Below are positions 30,875 to 41,091 of a stretch of 64,000 nucleotides of DNA, piece by piece. Made by a program: the position numbers and the translations under genes. Where the stretch lies: NCBI GenBank assembly GCA_045536565.1, contig JAZSNU010000020.1, positions 2,727-66,726 of the forward strand, in the 5' to 3' direction. A model generated the notes under the pieces. It ran no database searches. It was not told where the DNA came from and saw only the letters and a program-made list of their open reading frames with translations. The DNA comes from Clostridia bacterium (GTDB lineage: Bacteria; Bacillota; Clostridia; TANB77; CAG-465). The stretch's first letter is position 1. Every line of letters begins with the position of its first letter.

Positions 30875-31162
30875 TTGAAAAAGATTAATTGTAAACATGG
30901 ATTGCACCCAAGAGAAGAAATTGCTGCTCGGAGAATGAGAAGAGCAATAGAAGGCTCTGTGTTAGATAGCGAGGAAATTGTAAAACCAAAAATCAAAGAG
31001 ATATATAATTTGTTTTTGATGGATAATCCAAAAAATTCAAAAAATATAGTACGATTGTATAAATATATACAAATTAATCATAAATTTGTATATTCCGCAT
31101 TTGAAAGATTAAATGGATATAAAACATTTACTGATTATGTAATTAAAAATAAAATAATGTAA
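30875..31162 (+). CDS. hypothetical small basic protein (TTG start)
   Basis: RBS GAGAGGAAAAAAAG then TTG; no motif recognised. Confidence 0.4.
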   Translation: MKKINCKHGLHPREEIAARRMRRAIEGSVLDSEEIVKPKIKEIYNLFLMDNPKNSKNIVRLYKYIQINHKFVYSAFERLNGYKTFTDYVIKNKIM

Positions 31163-31252
31163 TATTTTTTATTGAAAAGAGAAAAAATAATGTTTTTCTC
31201 TTTCTTTTTTTTGTATTTTGTAATATAATATCGAAGAGAGGTGGAAAGAAAA

Positions 31253-32029
31253 ATGCCGAAGATAATTGCAATAGCTAATCAAAAGGGTGGAGTAGGAAAA
31301 ACAACTACTTCAATAAATTTAAGTGCTTGTGTAGCAGAAAAAGGAAAAAAAGTATTATTGATTGATATAGATCCACAAGGAAATGCAACAAGTGGGTTAA
31401 GTATAAATAGCCATAGTGAAAATTCAGTATATAATGTGCTTGTAGATGACATAAAAATGGAAGATGCTATAAAACCAACTATGATTAAAAATTTACATAT
31501 TTGTACTTCTAATATAGATTTAGCAGGTGCAGAGATTGAATTAGTGTCATTAGTATCACGTGAAAATAGACTAAAAAATGCATTAGAAAGAATGGAAGCA
31601 AAATATGATTATGTGTTTATAGATTGTCCTCCGTCGCTTGGAATTATAACATTAAATGCTTTTACAGCAGCAGATAGCGTTATTGTACCAATACAATGTG
31701 AATATTATGCTCTTGAAGGATTAGGACAACTTGTTAATTCAATTAAACTTGTGAAAAAACACTTAAATCCGGAATTAGAAATAGAAGGGGTTCTATTAAC
31801 TATGTATGATTCTAGAACAAAATTATCATCACAAGTTGCACAAGAAGTAGCTAAGTATTTTGGGGAAAGGGTATTTGAAACGGTTATACCAAGAAATATA
31901 AGGTTAAGTGAGGCTCCAAGTCATGGACTACCAATATCTATGTATGATCCATTGTCAAAAGGAGCAAGAACATATAAAAAACTTGCAAAAGAATTAATCA
32001 CAAAGCATAAGGAAGAAATTAAAAAATAG
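31253..32029 (+). CDS. soj: chromosome partitioning ATPase ParA/Soj
   Basis: Deviant Walker A KGGVGKTT; RBS AGAGGTGGA. Confidence 0.92.
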   Translation: MPKIIAIANQKGGVGKTTTSINLSACVAEKGKKVLLIDIDPQGNATSGLSINSHSENSVYNVLVDDIKMEDAIKPTMIKNLHICTSNIDLAGAEIELVSLVSRENRLKNALERMEAKYDYVFIDCPPSLGIITLNAFTAADSVIVPIQCEYYALEGLGQLVNSIKLVKKHLNPELEIEGVLLTMYDSRTKLSSQVAQEVAKYFGERVFETVIPRNIRLSEAPSHGLPISMYDPLSKGARTYKKLAKELITKHKEEIKK

Positions 32030-32038
32030 GAGGTTAAT

Positions 32039-32917
32039 ATGGCAAAAAGTTCAAAAGGGTTAGGAAGAGGCTTAGATGCGTTATTTGATGATATAGAAGA
32101 TGTTAAAACAGTAACAAAAAAAAGCGATAAATTAGGGGAAGTTATAGAGATAAAAATATCTGATGTAGAACCTATGCTTAATCAGCCAAGAAAAATATTT
32201 GATGAAAAGAAATTAGAAGAGTTAGCAGCATCTATTAAAGAACATGGAGTTATTCAACCAATACTTGTTGTGAAAAATGAAAATGGATATACAATAGTAG
32301 CAGGAGAAAGAAGATGGAGAGCATCTAAATTGGCTGGACTTGAAAAGGTTCCAGTTATAATAAAAGATTATACTGATACAAAGAAAAAACAAGTAGCACT
32401 TATAGAAAATATTCAAAGAGAAGATTTAAATATAATAGAAGTAGCGCAAGCTTTAAAAGAATTAATGGATATGGAAGGCTATAATATGGCTGATGTATCA
32501 AGGGTTACGGGAAAGAGTTTATCTGGTGTTTCAAACACAATGAGACTTTTAAAACTGCCTGAAAAAATACAAGATAAAGTATTGGATGGTAAACTTGTTG
32601 AAGGACAAGCAAGAGCTCTTCTTGCAATAGAAGATGAAGAAGAACAATTAAAATTAGCAGATAAAATAATTGAAAAAAAACTAACAGTTAGAGAAGTTGA
32701 AAAACTTATATACAACAACGATAAATATAAAGTTAAGAAAAAAAATGTTGCAAAAAAGATAGGAACAATATATAAAGCAGTTGAAGATAAATTAACGGAA
32801 TATTTTGGATTAAAAGTAAAAATAGACGCAACAAAAACTAAACCTAAATTAGTAATAGAATATTACGATAATGAAGGTTTGGAAAGAATATTAGAAAAAC
32901 TTAAAATTGAATTGTAA
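32039..32917 (+). CDS. spo0J: chromosome partitioning protein ParB/Spo0J
   Basis: GERRWRA ParB box and HTH; N-terminal LGRGLDALF. Confidence 0.92.
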   Translation: MAKSSKGLGRGLDALFDDIEDVKTVTKKSDKLGEVIEIKISDVEPMLNQPRKIFDEKKLEELAASIKEHGVIQPILVVKNENGYTIVAGERRWRASKLAGLEKVPVIIKDYTDTKKKQVALIENIQREDLNIIEVAQALKELMDMEGYNMADVSRVTGKSLSGVSNTMRLLKLPEKIQDKVLDGKLVEGQARALLAIEDEEEQLKLADKIIEKKLTVREVEKLIYNNDKYKVKKKNVAKKIGTIYKAVEDKLTEYFGLKVKIDATKTKPKLVIEYYDNEGLERILEKLKIEL

Positions 32918-32928
32918 TAGAGGTTTTT

Positions 32929-33435
32929 ATGGGTAGTAATATATTTTCTTTATACACGGTAAGTATTTTAGTTATAATATTATTTTTTCTTGTTATACTA
33001 AATATAGCAATGATTGTCTTTTTCGTGTTGCAATACAGAAAAGACACAAAAAAGTATAATAATATATGGAGTAAATTTAATAATAAAGATTTAGAAGATG
33101 ACATTCAAAAATTAATTGATAATATGAGTAAAACAGAAAAAGAATGTCAATCTTCAAAAATTCTTTGTTCTGAGATAAACGGAAAGATGACTAAATGTGT
33201 TCAAAAGCTAGGTTTTGTAAAATACGATGCATATGAATCTGCAAATAATGGACTTAGTTTTGCAATTGCTTTACTTGATAATGATGATAATGGTATATTA
33301 TTAGATAGTGTATACAATAGAAACTATTCAAATATATATGCAAAAGAAGTGGTAAATGGTGAAGTTAAAGGAAATATTTCAGAGGAAGAAAAGGAAGCAT
33401 TAAAAAAAGCATTAAATGATAAAAGTTTTATGTGA
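32929..33435 (+). CDS. DUF4446-like membrane protein that commonly follows parB in Clostridia
   Basis: N-terminal TM, acidic C-domain; family assignment from memory of the conserved context only. Confidence 0.5.
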   Translation: MGSNIFSLYTVSILVIILFFLVILNIAMIVFFVLQYRKDTKKYNNIWSKFNNKDLEDDIQKLIDNMSKTEKECQSSKILCSEINGKMTKCVQKLGFVKYDAYESANNGLSFAIALLDNDDNGILLDSVYNRNYSNIYAKEVVNGEVKGNISEEEKEALKKALNDKSFM

Positions 33436-33452
33436 AAAACTTAATATTAGGT

Positions 33453-33481
33453 ATTGACATTTTGTGTTATTGTGTTATAAT
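33453..33481 (+). promoter_or_regulatory. sigma-A-type promoter (TTGACA, 16 nt, extended TGnTATAAT) for the tRNA-Ser pair
   Basis: TTGACATTTTGTGTTATTGTGTTATAAT read directly. Confidence 0.6.
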
Positions 33482-33501
33482 TATATTACTGTTCGTTATT
33501 T

Positions 33502-33590
33502 GGAAGAGTGTCCGAGTGGTTTAAGGAGCCAGTCTTGAAAACTGGTGATGTCGAAAGGCACCGTGGGTCCGAATCCTACCTCTTCCGCCA
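33502..33590 (+). tRNA. tRNA-Ser (anticodon TGA)
   Basis: Cloverleaf by hand: anticodon loop CTTGAAA, long variable arm, CCA end. Confidence 0.88.
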
Positions 33591-33691
33591 TTATAAAATA
33601 GAAAGAAGCAAATCTTCTTTCTATTTTTATTACATTAAATATTGACTTATTAGGAAATTAGTATATAATATATAACATAGATTGAATTTAT

Positions 33692-33784
33692 GGAGAGTTA
33701 CCCAAGAGGCCGAAGGGGACTGTTTGCTAAACAGTTAGTGTCCAATTACGGGCAGCGAGGGTTCGAATCCCTCACTCTCCGCCA
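33692..33784 (+). tRNA. tRNA-Ser (anticodon GCT)
   Basis: Anticodon loop TTGCTAA, long variable arm, CCA end. Confidence 0.88.
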
Positions 33785-33827
33785 AAAGTAGCATTATCAT
33801 TAGATAGTGTTATTTTTATAAGTATAT

Positions 33828-33857
33828 AAAAATAGTGGTCATTTTTGACCACTATTT
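33828..33857. terminator. bidirectional terminator (AAAATAGTGGTCA...TGACCACTATTTT)
   Basis: Perfect palindrome flanked by A/T runs between the tRNAs and a convergent ORF. Confidence 0.65.
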
Positions 33858-33861
33858 TAGT

Positions 33862-34326
33862 TTAACGAACAGCATATTTTCCTAGTTCTAATTCTATTAA
33901 AACATTATCTTGTTTCATATCATTTACATATGCTCTTAGAGTAGCAAAATTTGTTTTTGGAAAAGCTTCTCGTAGCATAGTTAATGTAAAAACTTTTTCT
34001 TTAAGGATATATGCTTGTACTTGAGAAAGTATTGTGTTAGGTTTTTTAGAAATATTTGATTTAATATTTTTCTTTTTGAGTTGTACTTCTTTTTCATCGT
34101 TTTTAATTTTAAATTTTTTTTCGCTATTGACTACAAGTGTTGTTATATCAAAATTATTTTGAATAATAGATAAAACTTCATCTATTTTATCATTTGAAAA
34201 ATCTTCAATAATAACTTTACCTTTTTTAAAATCAAAAGATAATCTACTCTTCTTACCTAAAAGTTTTAATAATTCTGCGATACCTTTATTTTCTTTCTGT
34301 ATTGTTGTTACAAATTCAAGTTTCAT
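33862..34326 (-). CDS. hypothetical protein
   Basis: Intact ORF; possible C-terminal winged-helix-like region; no motif. Confidence 0.45.
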   Translation of the reverse strand: MKLEFVTTIQKENKGIAELLKLLGKKSRLSFDFKKGKVIIEDFSNDKIDEVLSIIQNNFDITTLVVNSEKKFKIKNDEKEVQLKKKNIKSNISKKPNTILSQVQAYILKEKVFTLTMLREAFPKTNFATLRAYVNDMKQDNVLIELELGKYAVR

Positions 34327-34521
34327 GACAAATCTCCTTCATAATTATATTAAAAATCGATTTTTTCCTTATATTAATTAAGGATACTATTATAAAAACT
34401 AATATAATTATATCATTTTCTTGTAAAAATGTCAATTTTATGTAAACACACAACCTTGACATTAATGATATAATTAAGCAAAGTGCATAAATTCATACTT
34501 TTAATAAAGGAGGAAAAAAAG

Positions 34522-35019
34522 ATGTTAACTAATAAAGAAAAGATGTTTTTAGAGAATATCGCGAAAAAATTGCAAGAGAATATAGGAATAATAAGAGAAC
34601 CCAATATATATAACTATGTTAATCTCTTAGAGTTAATTAAAGAACAAAAATTTTGTGTTGTTTTCGGAAGTTCTAGTAATTGTATAGTTGGAAATAGTAT
34701 ATATTTGAAATGTGAGGAACCTAATGAAAATTATACGGATGAGGAATATGTTAATTTTCAGAAAGATTTGTTATATCAAATTTGGAAAATAGCAAAGAAA
34801 AAATATTCAATTATTATGATGAAATACACAGAAGTAGACGCTGGATATTTTTTTAGGGCAATGCTAATGCCAAAGAAAAGCTTTAAGGAATTTGTCTATA
34901 AAAATACAGAAATCAATGGTTGCTGTAATGTTAATGAGGTAGCAAGGGAATTCAATGTGGATTATGTAGAAGTAATTAAAAGAGGAAATGAATTAGGTAT
35001 TTGGAATAAAAAGGTTTAA
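34522..35019 (+). CDS. ImmA/IrrE (DUF955)-like domain protein with degenerate zinc-binding motif
   Basis: EVDAGYFFRAMLMP (the A.FA..LLMP motif) and an ImmA-like C-terminal helix-rich tail, but no HExxH upstream; RBS AAAGGAGGAAAAAAAG. Confidence 0.4.
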   Translation: MLTNKEKMFLENIAKKLQENIGIIREPNIYNYVNLLELIKEQKFCVVFGSSSNCIVGNSIYLKCEEPNENYTDEEYVNFQKDLLYQIWKIAKKKYSIIMMKYTEVDAGYFFRAMLMPKKSFKEFVYKNTEINGCCNVNEVAREFNVDYVEVIKRGNELGIWNKKV

Positions 35020-35122
35020 TTTATAAAAGCTTGCTAGTTTATACTGGCAAGCTTTTGTTTTTATTGAAATATGTACCATATTATGATATATTTTTACATT
35101 ATTTATATAAGGAGGATTTTTA

Positions 35123-35893
35123 ATGATAGCATTAGTTACAGGAGCATCATCTGGGATTGGATATAATATAGCGAAATATCTGAGCACAAAAGGATATGAT
35201 ATAATAGCAGTAGCAAGAAATAAAGATAAATTAGAAAAATTGAAAGAAGAATGTGTCTCAAATGTTGAAACATATATCGTTGATTTATCAAAACAAAAAG
35301 AAGTAGAGTGTCTATATGAAAAGGTAAAAAGTAAAAATATAGATGTTTTAGTAAATAACGCAGGATTTGGAGCATTTGGTAATTTTGAAGATATAGAATA
35401 TACAGCACAATTAGAGATGATAGATGTAAATATAAAAGCTTTGCACATATTAACATATTTGTTTTTAAAAGATATGAAGAAGAGAAATACAGGATATATC
35501 CTGAATATAGGATCTGTTGCTGGATTTTTACCAGGACCATTAATGACAGAGTATTATTCAACAAAATCATATGTTTTAAGACTAACACAAGGTATAAACA
35601 AAGAGCTTAGAAAAGCAAAAAGCAATGTATCTATTAGCGTTTGTTGTCCTGGACCTGTTAGTACCAACTTTAATAATGTAGCAGGTGTTAAATTTGGTCT
35701 TAAATCTAAAACAAGTAAGTTAGTAGCACAAAAAGCAGTAGACGGTATGTTTAAAAGGAAAGAAATAATTTGTCCTGGGATAAGTGAAGGAATCGTAAAG
35801 ATATCACGAAAATTATTCAGTGATAGGATATTAGCAGAAATATCATTTCATATGCAAAAAAAGAAAGAAAATAAAGGGAAAAATAGGCGTTAA
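35123..35893 (+). CDS. short-chain dehydrogenase/reductase (SDR) family oxidoreductase
   Basis: TGASSGIG, NNAG, S...YxxxK (YYSTKSY). Confidence 0.88.
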   Translation: MIALVTGASSGIGYNIAKYLSTKGYDIIAVARNKDKLEKLKEECVSNVETYIVDLSKQKEVECLYEKVKSKNIDVLVNNAGFGAFGNFEDIEYTAQLEMIDVNIKALHILTYLFLKDMKKRNTGYILNIGSVAGFLPGPLMTEYYSTKSYVLRLTQGINKELRKAKSNVSISVCCPGPVSTNFNNVAGVKFGLKSKTSKLVAQKAVDGMFKRKEIICPGISEGIVKISRKLFSDRILAEISFHMQKKKENKGKNRR

Positions 35894-36095
35894 AAAGCCT
35901 ATTTTTATATATTTTTAGCGTTTACATAAATATTGACAATGTAATTAAAGTGTGATATACTACTATCGTATAAAAAGTAAAATGGGAAAAGTATAATTGC
36001 TTTTCTAGGAAGATAAATTTGGAAAATAATAATGGTTAGCCATTTTTAATATAGATAATTCAAAAAAATAAAATGAAAAAGGAGGAAAAAAGCGT

Positions 36096-38192
36096 ATGAA
36101 ACGCATACTTTCAATTTTGCTTGCAATCATATTGATATTAACAATATCAACATCTGTATTTGCTAGCTATGACCCTACGGGATATTATAACCCATATAAC
36201 AACAGTTATAATTCCTACAACACATATAGAGGTGATGATTATTCTAACACATCATTTTCTAATTATTATGGAAATCATCGGTTAAGTTCATGGATGTCTG
36301 ATATAGAGGTAGCATATAATTATCCTACATTATATGAAACATTTCAGAGACCTGTTACAAGAGGTGAATTTGAGCTGCTATTTTTAAGAACTGTGCAACA
36401 TTCTCTCGAAAGACAAGGATATTCAAGACTTATGGCTGGATATAATGCGGTACCTTTTAAAGATTACGGTACAGTTAATCCATATGCTCAATCAGAGGTT
36501 AATGTATTATATTCCAATGGTCTTCTTGTTGGATATGAAGATAACACAATGAGATTTAATCAGCCAATAACGAGAGCGGAAGGTGCTACAATTTATTGCA
36601 GATTTAACAACATATTATTTAATATGGGTCCTCAATATAATCAGAATAATTACACCGGATATAATGATTATTATAACAACAATTTTAATAATTATTATAT
36701 CAATTATGCATATTATACTGATATTAATGGCCATTGGGCAGCACAGTATATTATAACAGCATCTGCTAATGGTGTTCTTCGCGGTGTTGGCAATAATTAT
36801 TTTGATACCGAAGGTCAGCTTACAGTTGAACAGGCTTGGAAAATGATTGATTGTTGTGTAGGATATATGGGGCTTACAAGAAGTGATATTGCTCACGGCA
36901 TGGAAAAAACTTTCAAGATTAAATTTAAAGATATTGACGATGATTACTATGTAGATTCTGTAAATGGTATTAAAATAACAAGGCTTTCAACATCAACAAC
37001 TTCTATTTCTATGAATGTTGGTGAAACAAGAAATATCAAAGTTTCTATTTATCCAACAAATGCAACATATCAGAAGATGAGTTGGAGTTCATCAAACACA
37101 TCGGCTGTAAGTGTAGAAGAAACTTGGAATCCAGCTAAGGGTACAGCAAATGTTGCAATTCGTGCAAGAAAAGCAGTATCGGGATATGTTAATCTAACTG
37201 GTCGTGTACTTGATGGTTCAGGTAAAACAGTAACTGTACAGGTTAAAGTAAATAATAACTATAACGATGGTTATTACGATGATGGATATATTTCATCAAT
37301 TACAATGTCTGAAAGCGTTATATATTTAAATCCTGGCGAAAGTGTTCAGATTAATGCAAGAATCAGACCAACAGATGCATATAACAAAAATCTTACTTGG
37401 TCATCAAACAATTCTAGTATTGCTCGTGTTACAGACACATACACAAGTGGAAGTAATTCATATGCTACTGTAACAGCAGGAAATATTGGGGAGACATATG
37501 TATATGCAAATGCGAGAGATGGTTCTGGTGTGTCAGGTTATGTAAGAGTAGTGGTTAGAAATAATAATACAGCGCAGACAATAACATCAGCTATTGCAAG
37601 TCCTTCATCGGTAACGCTAAATATTGGTAGTTCTCAGAATTGCTATATAACGGCATATCCAACAAATGCTACTGATAAAGAAATTAACTATATTTCGGAT
37701 AATTCTAATATAGCAAGGGTTGTTAAAAATCCTAATAGCAGTATTCAAATAATTGGTGTTGGAGTAGGAAGTACAACCATACGAGGAATAGCAGTAGCAA
37801 CAGGACAAGAAGTTTGTAGTATACCTGTAACAGTAAATTCACAGTATGTAAATCCTGGTCCAGGGGTAACTGATAATAATCCACCTGTTGTAACACTTGA
37901 AGGAGCAACATCTGTAAATATTGGCGATACTATTACTATTATTGCTAAAGCCCATGATGAAACATCAATATCGTCATTTGTAGTTGGTGTAAATGATATT
38001 ATAGGAATGACTGGTTCACTTAGCCCTGTAAGAATAGATAAAATATCTGATACAGAGTATAGAATCACATTAATGGGTGTAGAAGTTTCATCTCAATGCA
38101 TATGTATAAAATCAGGGGTGGCTACTGATACTGCTGGAAATGTAAGCAGCGAAAGTAACGAAATTGTTGTTTTTGTAAATAGTGGAGAGTAA
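36096..38192 (+). CDS. S-layer-homology (SLH) domain surface protein with Big_2 (Ig-like) repeats
   Basis: Signal peptide, Tyr/Asn-rich low-complexity segments, SLH-like repeats (ITRAEGATI, PVTRGEFELLF), several Big_2-like modules (SSNNSSIARV... etc). Confidence 0.7.
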   Translation: MKRILSILLAIILILTISTSVFASYDPTGYYNPYNNSYNSYNTYRGDDYSNTSFSNYYGNHRLSSWMSDIEVAYNYPTLYETFQRPVTRGEFELLFLRTVQHSLERQGYSRLMAGYNAVPFKDYGTVNPYAQSEVNVLYSNGLLVGYEDNTMRFNQPITRAEGATIYCRFNNILFNMGPQYNQNNYTGYNDYYNNNFNNYYINYAYYTDINGHWAAQYIITASANGVLRGVGNNYFDTEGQLTVEQAWKMIDCCVGYMGLTRSDIAHGMEKTFKIKFKDIDDDYYVDSVNGIKITRLSTSTTSISMNVGETRNIKVSIYPTNATYQKMSWSSSNTSAVSVEETWNPAKGTANVAIRARKAVSGYVNLTGRVLDGSGKTVTVQVKVNNNYNDGYYDDGYISSITMSESVIYLNPGESVQINARIRPTDAYNKNLTWSSNNSSIARVTDTYTSGSNSYATVTAGNIGETYVYANARDGSGVSGYVRVVVRNNNTAQTITSAIASPSSVTLNIGSSQNCYITAYPTNATDKEINYISDNSNIARVVKNPNSSIQIIGVGVGSTTIRGIAVATGQEVCSIPVTVNSQYVNPGPGVTDNNPPVVTLEGATSVNIGDTITIIAKAHDETSISSFVVGVNDIIGMTGSLSPVRIDKISDTEYRITLMGVEVSSQCICIKSGVATDTAGNVSSESNEIVVFVNSGE

Positions 38193-38283
38193 ATTTCCTT
38201 AAAAGACGGTTAGTTTAACTAGCCGTCTTGTATTTTATATAATAAATATAAAAACACTTCATATAATTATATGAGGTGTTTTT

Positions 38284-38994
38284 GTGTCTTTAATAGGAAT
38301 GTTTTTAAATTCATATATATTTGGAATGCTTAGTAATTTATTCGGTGCAATAATAGGCTTTATAGGCAACATCAAAAGCCAAGAAGATACAAGTAAAATA
38401 ACTGCTTTTACAGCGGGAATAACCACTTCCATTATTTGTTTTGAAATGTTAGTAGAATCTTTTGAAATAACAACCAAATATATAGTAATAGTATATATTT
38501 TAATTGGTATAGGTTTGGTTAAAACAATAGATATATTAATATATAAAATAAATAAAAATTCCAAAAATAATTCTGCGTTGTTAATTATAACAGCAATGTC
38601 AGCACATAATATAACGGAAGGAATTGCTATTGGGTCTGCTTTTGGATTATCTAATAAACATGGCTTGTCACTTCTTATAGCCATAATGCTTCATAATATA
38701 CCAGAAGGTATGATCATATCTGTTGCCTCTAAAAAGCAGAAAAACAGTATAAAACCCATTATTAATGCATGTAACATAATAGGCATATTTTTAGGAGTTG
38801 GTACAATGGTAGGAAATGCTCTAGGAAACATGAACAATAGCGCTGTAGCACCTTGTTTATCTATTTCGGCGGGTGCAATGTTATACATAGTGGCATGTGA
38901 GTTAATACCAGATATGAATAGTATAAAAAACAATAATAGAATAGGTATAATATATACAATTGGTTTCTTAATAGGTTGTATAATGTGTGTGTGA
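38284..38994 (+). CDS. ZIP family metal (zinc) transporter
   Basis: HNITEGIAIG and HNIPEGMIISVA signature helices. Confidence 0.8.
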   Translation: MSLIGMFLNSYIFGMLSNLFGAIIGFIGNIKSQEDTSKITAFTAGITTSIICFEMLVESFEITTKYIVIVYILIGIGLVKTIDILIYKINKNSKNNSALLIITAMSAHNITEGIAIGSAFGLSNKHGLSLLIAIMLHNIPEGMIISVASKKQKNSIKPIINACNIIGIFLGVGTMVGNALGNMNNSAVAPCLSISAGAMLYIVACELIPDMNSIKNNNRIGIIYTIGFLIGCIMCV

Positions 38995-39063
38995 TAGATT
39001 GACTTTAAAGTGGATTTATGATAGTATTATCATGTGTTAAAGGGGTAATGAGGTAATATAGTT

Positions 39064-39525
39064 ATGAACATAATATTCATATGTACAGGAAATATATGTA
39101 GAAGTGCTATGGCACATGGTTATATGCAAAAAAGAGTTAAGGATTTAGGTATACAAGATGAGTATATTATTGAATCAGCAGGAACGAGTGCATATACAGG
39201 AGATAGGGCAACTGATTTTGCAATAGAGGCAATAAAAAAATATGATACAGATATATCAAAACATAGAGCTACATATATTGAAGAGGCAAATATTGACCAA
39301 GCAGATTTAATTATTTGTATGACAGAGGCGCATAAAAAGAGAGTAATGGAAAAATATCCTAATAAAAAAGAGAATACATATACTTTGAAAGAATATGTTG
39401 GTGAAAAAGGATATATAAACATAGATGATCCGTGGGGATATGGAATTGATGTATATACTTCATGTGCAAAAGAAATTGTTTATTATGTGGACAAACTGAT
39501 AGAAAAAATTTTAAGAGGTGAATAA
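39064..39525 (+). CDS. low-molecular-weight protein phosphatase (YwlE-like; arginine/tyrosine phosphatase)
   Basis: P-loop CTGNICRSAMA (CX5R) at the N-terminus, DPWG region. Confidence 0.85.
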   Translation: MNIIFICTGNICRSAMAHGYMQKRVKDLGIQDEYIIESAGTSAYTGDRATDFAIEAIKKYDTDISKHRATYIEEANIDQADLIICMTEAHKKRVMEKYPNKKENTYTLKEYVGEKGYINIDDPWGYGIDVYTSCAKEIVYYVDKLIEKILRGE

Positions 39526-39973
39526 ATTGATAATATTAGGTTCAGATCATGCAGGATATGAAATGAAAGAAAATATAAAAAAATTGCTGAAAGAAAGTAA
39601 TTATGATTGTATAGATGTATCGACAGAATATATAGAAAATGATGATTATACAGATGTGGTAAAAAATATTTGTGATAAAATGAGCACGGAAGATTTAGCG
39701 ATAATGGTTTGTGGAACAGGAATAGGTAGTTCAATTGTAGCAAACAAATATAAAGGGATAAGAGCAGCAATTTGCTATGATGAATACACAGCCAAAATGA
39801 CTAGATTTCATAATGATGCAAATATGTTATGTTTAGGTGGAAGAACTATTTTAGCAGAAGATAAAGAAAAATTATTTAATATAGTAACTACATTTATATC
39901 AACAAAGTTTTCAAATGAAGAAAGACATATAAGAAGATTAAATAAAATAAAAGAAGTAGAAGAAGGTAATTAG
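39518..39973 (+). CDS. rpiB: ribose-5-phosphate isomerase B
   Basis: LGSDHAGYEMKE and CGTGIGSSIVANK; GTG start overlapping the previous gene. Confidence 0.85.
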   Translation: MNKLIILGSDHAGYEMKENIKKLLKESNYDCIDVSTEYIENDDYTDVVKNICDKMSTEDLAIMVCGTGIGSSIVANKYKGIRAAICYDEYTAKMTRFHNDANMLCLGGRTILAEDKEKLFNIVTTFISTKFSNEERHIRRLNKIKEVEEGN

Positions 39974-39974
39974 T

Positions 39975-41072
39975 ATGAACATATATGTTTATGGAATTAT
40001 ACTTGCAGTATCATTTTTAGTGTGTTATTTTATGGTACCGCTTGCTATAAAATTTGCAGTAAAAAAAGGAATAATAGATAATCCTAAAAAGGATGACAGA
40101 AGGGTGCATAAAAAACCAATTCCAAGAGCAGGAGGAATAGCAATTATAGCATCTATGGCAGTATCATTATTGTTGTTTTATATATTATCATTGTTTTATG
40201 ATAGTTTAAAAGTAGATATGCGATTTGTAGGATATTGTATAGCAGCAATAATAATTGGAATAATGGGATTTTTAGACGATTTAAAGGATTTAAGAGCAAT
40301 AGAAAAAACATTATTTCAAGTCGTTGCCGCTTCAGTAATATATTTATTTGGTATAAGCATAGTAGGTATAAAAATACCTTTTATACATCAAAATATTATT
40401 GATTTTGGAATATTTGCATATCCAATAACACTTTGTTGGATACTTGGAATAACAAATGCAGTAAATCTGATTGATGGATTAGATGGGTTGGCAGCAGGAA
40501 TATCTAGTATATCTGCAATATCATTATTAATAATATTTCTAATTGTAGGAGCACCGTTGGAAGTTATAGTAATAACTATCGCACTTGTTGGAGCCACACT
40601 TGGATTTTTACCATATAACTTTAACCCAGCAAAGACATTTATGGGTGATGTAGGTTCAAATTTCTTGGGATTTACACTATCAGTAATATCGATAATGGGT
40701 ATGGCCAAAGGATATACAATATTGGCTATAGCAACGCCAATTATAATACTTGGAATACCAGTATTTGATATGGTATTTGCAATAGTTAGAAGACTTATAA
40801 GACATCAAAAGATAACTGCTCCTGATAAAGAGCATATACATCACAGATTATTAAATTTAGGATTATCACAAAAACAAGCGGTGTTAACACTTTATACAAT
40901 TACATCTATTTTAGGAATAATTGCCGTTGCACTTACTGCTAACATGAAATGGCAAATATTATTAGTTATAATTATACTTGCAAATATATTAGCAATATAT
41001 TTTGTGGTAAGATATAAAAAGAATAAAAAAGAAAATGATAAATTAGAATTAAAAGAAAGTAAGAAAGTATAA
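39975..41072 (+). CDS. undecaprenyl-phosphate N-acetylhexosamine-1-phosphate transferase (TagO/WecA, MraY-like family)
   Basis: FLDDLKDL and NAVNLIDGLDGLAAG motifs, polytopic. Confidence 0.85.
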   Translation: MNIYVYGIILAVSFLVCYFMVPLAIKFAVKKGIIDNPKKDDRRVHKKPIPRAGGIAIIASMAVSLLLFYILSLFYDSLKVDMRFVGYCIAAIIIGIMGFLDDLKDLRAIEKTLFQVVAASVIYLFGISIVGIKIPFIHQNIIDFGIFAYPITLCWILGITNAVNLIDGLDGLAAGISSISAISLLIIFLIVGAPLEVIVITIALVGATLGFLPYNFNPAKTFMGDVGSNFLGFTLSVISIMGMAKGYTILAIATPIIILGIPVFDMVFAIVRRLIRHQKITAPDKEHIHHRLLNLGLSQKQAVLTLYTITSILGIIAVALTANMKWQILLVIIILANILAIYFVVRYKKNKKENDKLELKESKKV

Positions 41073-41091
41073 TATATAGGGGGAATATAAA

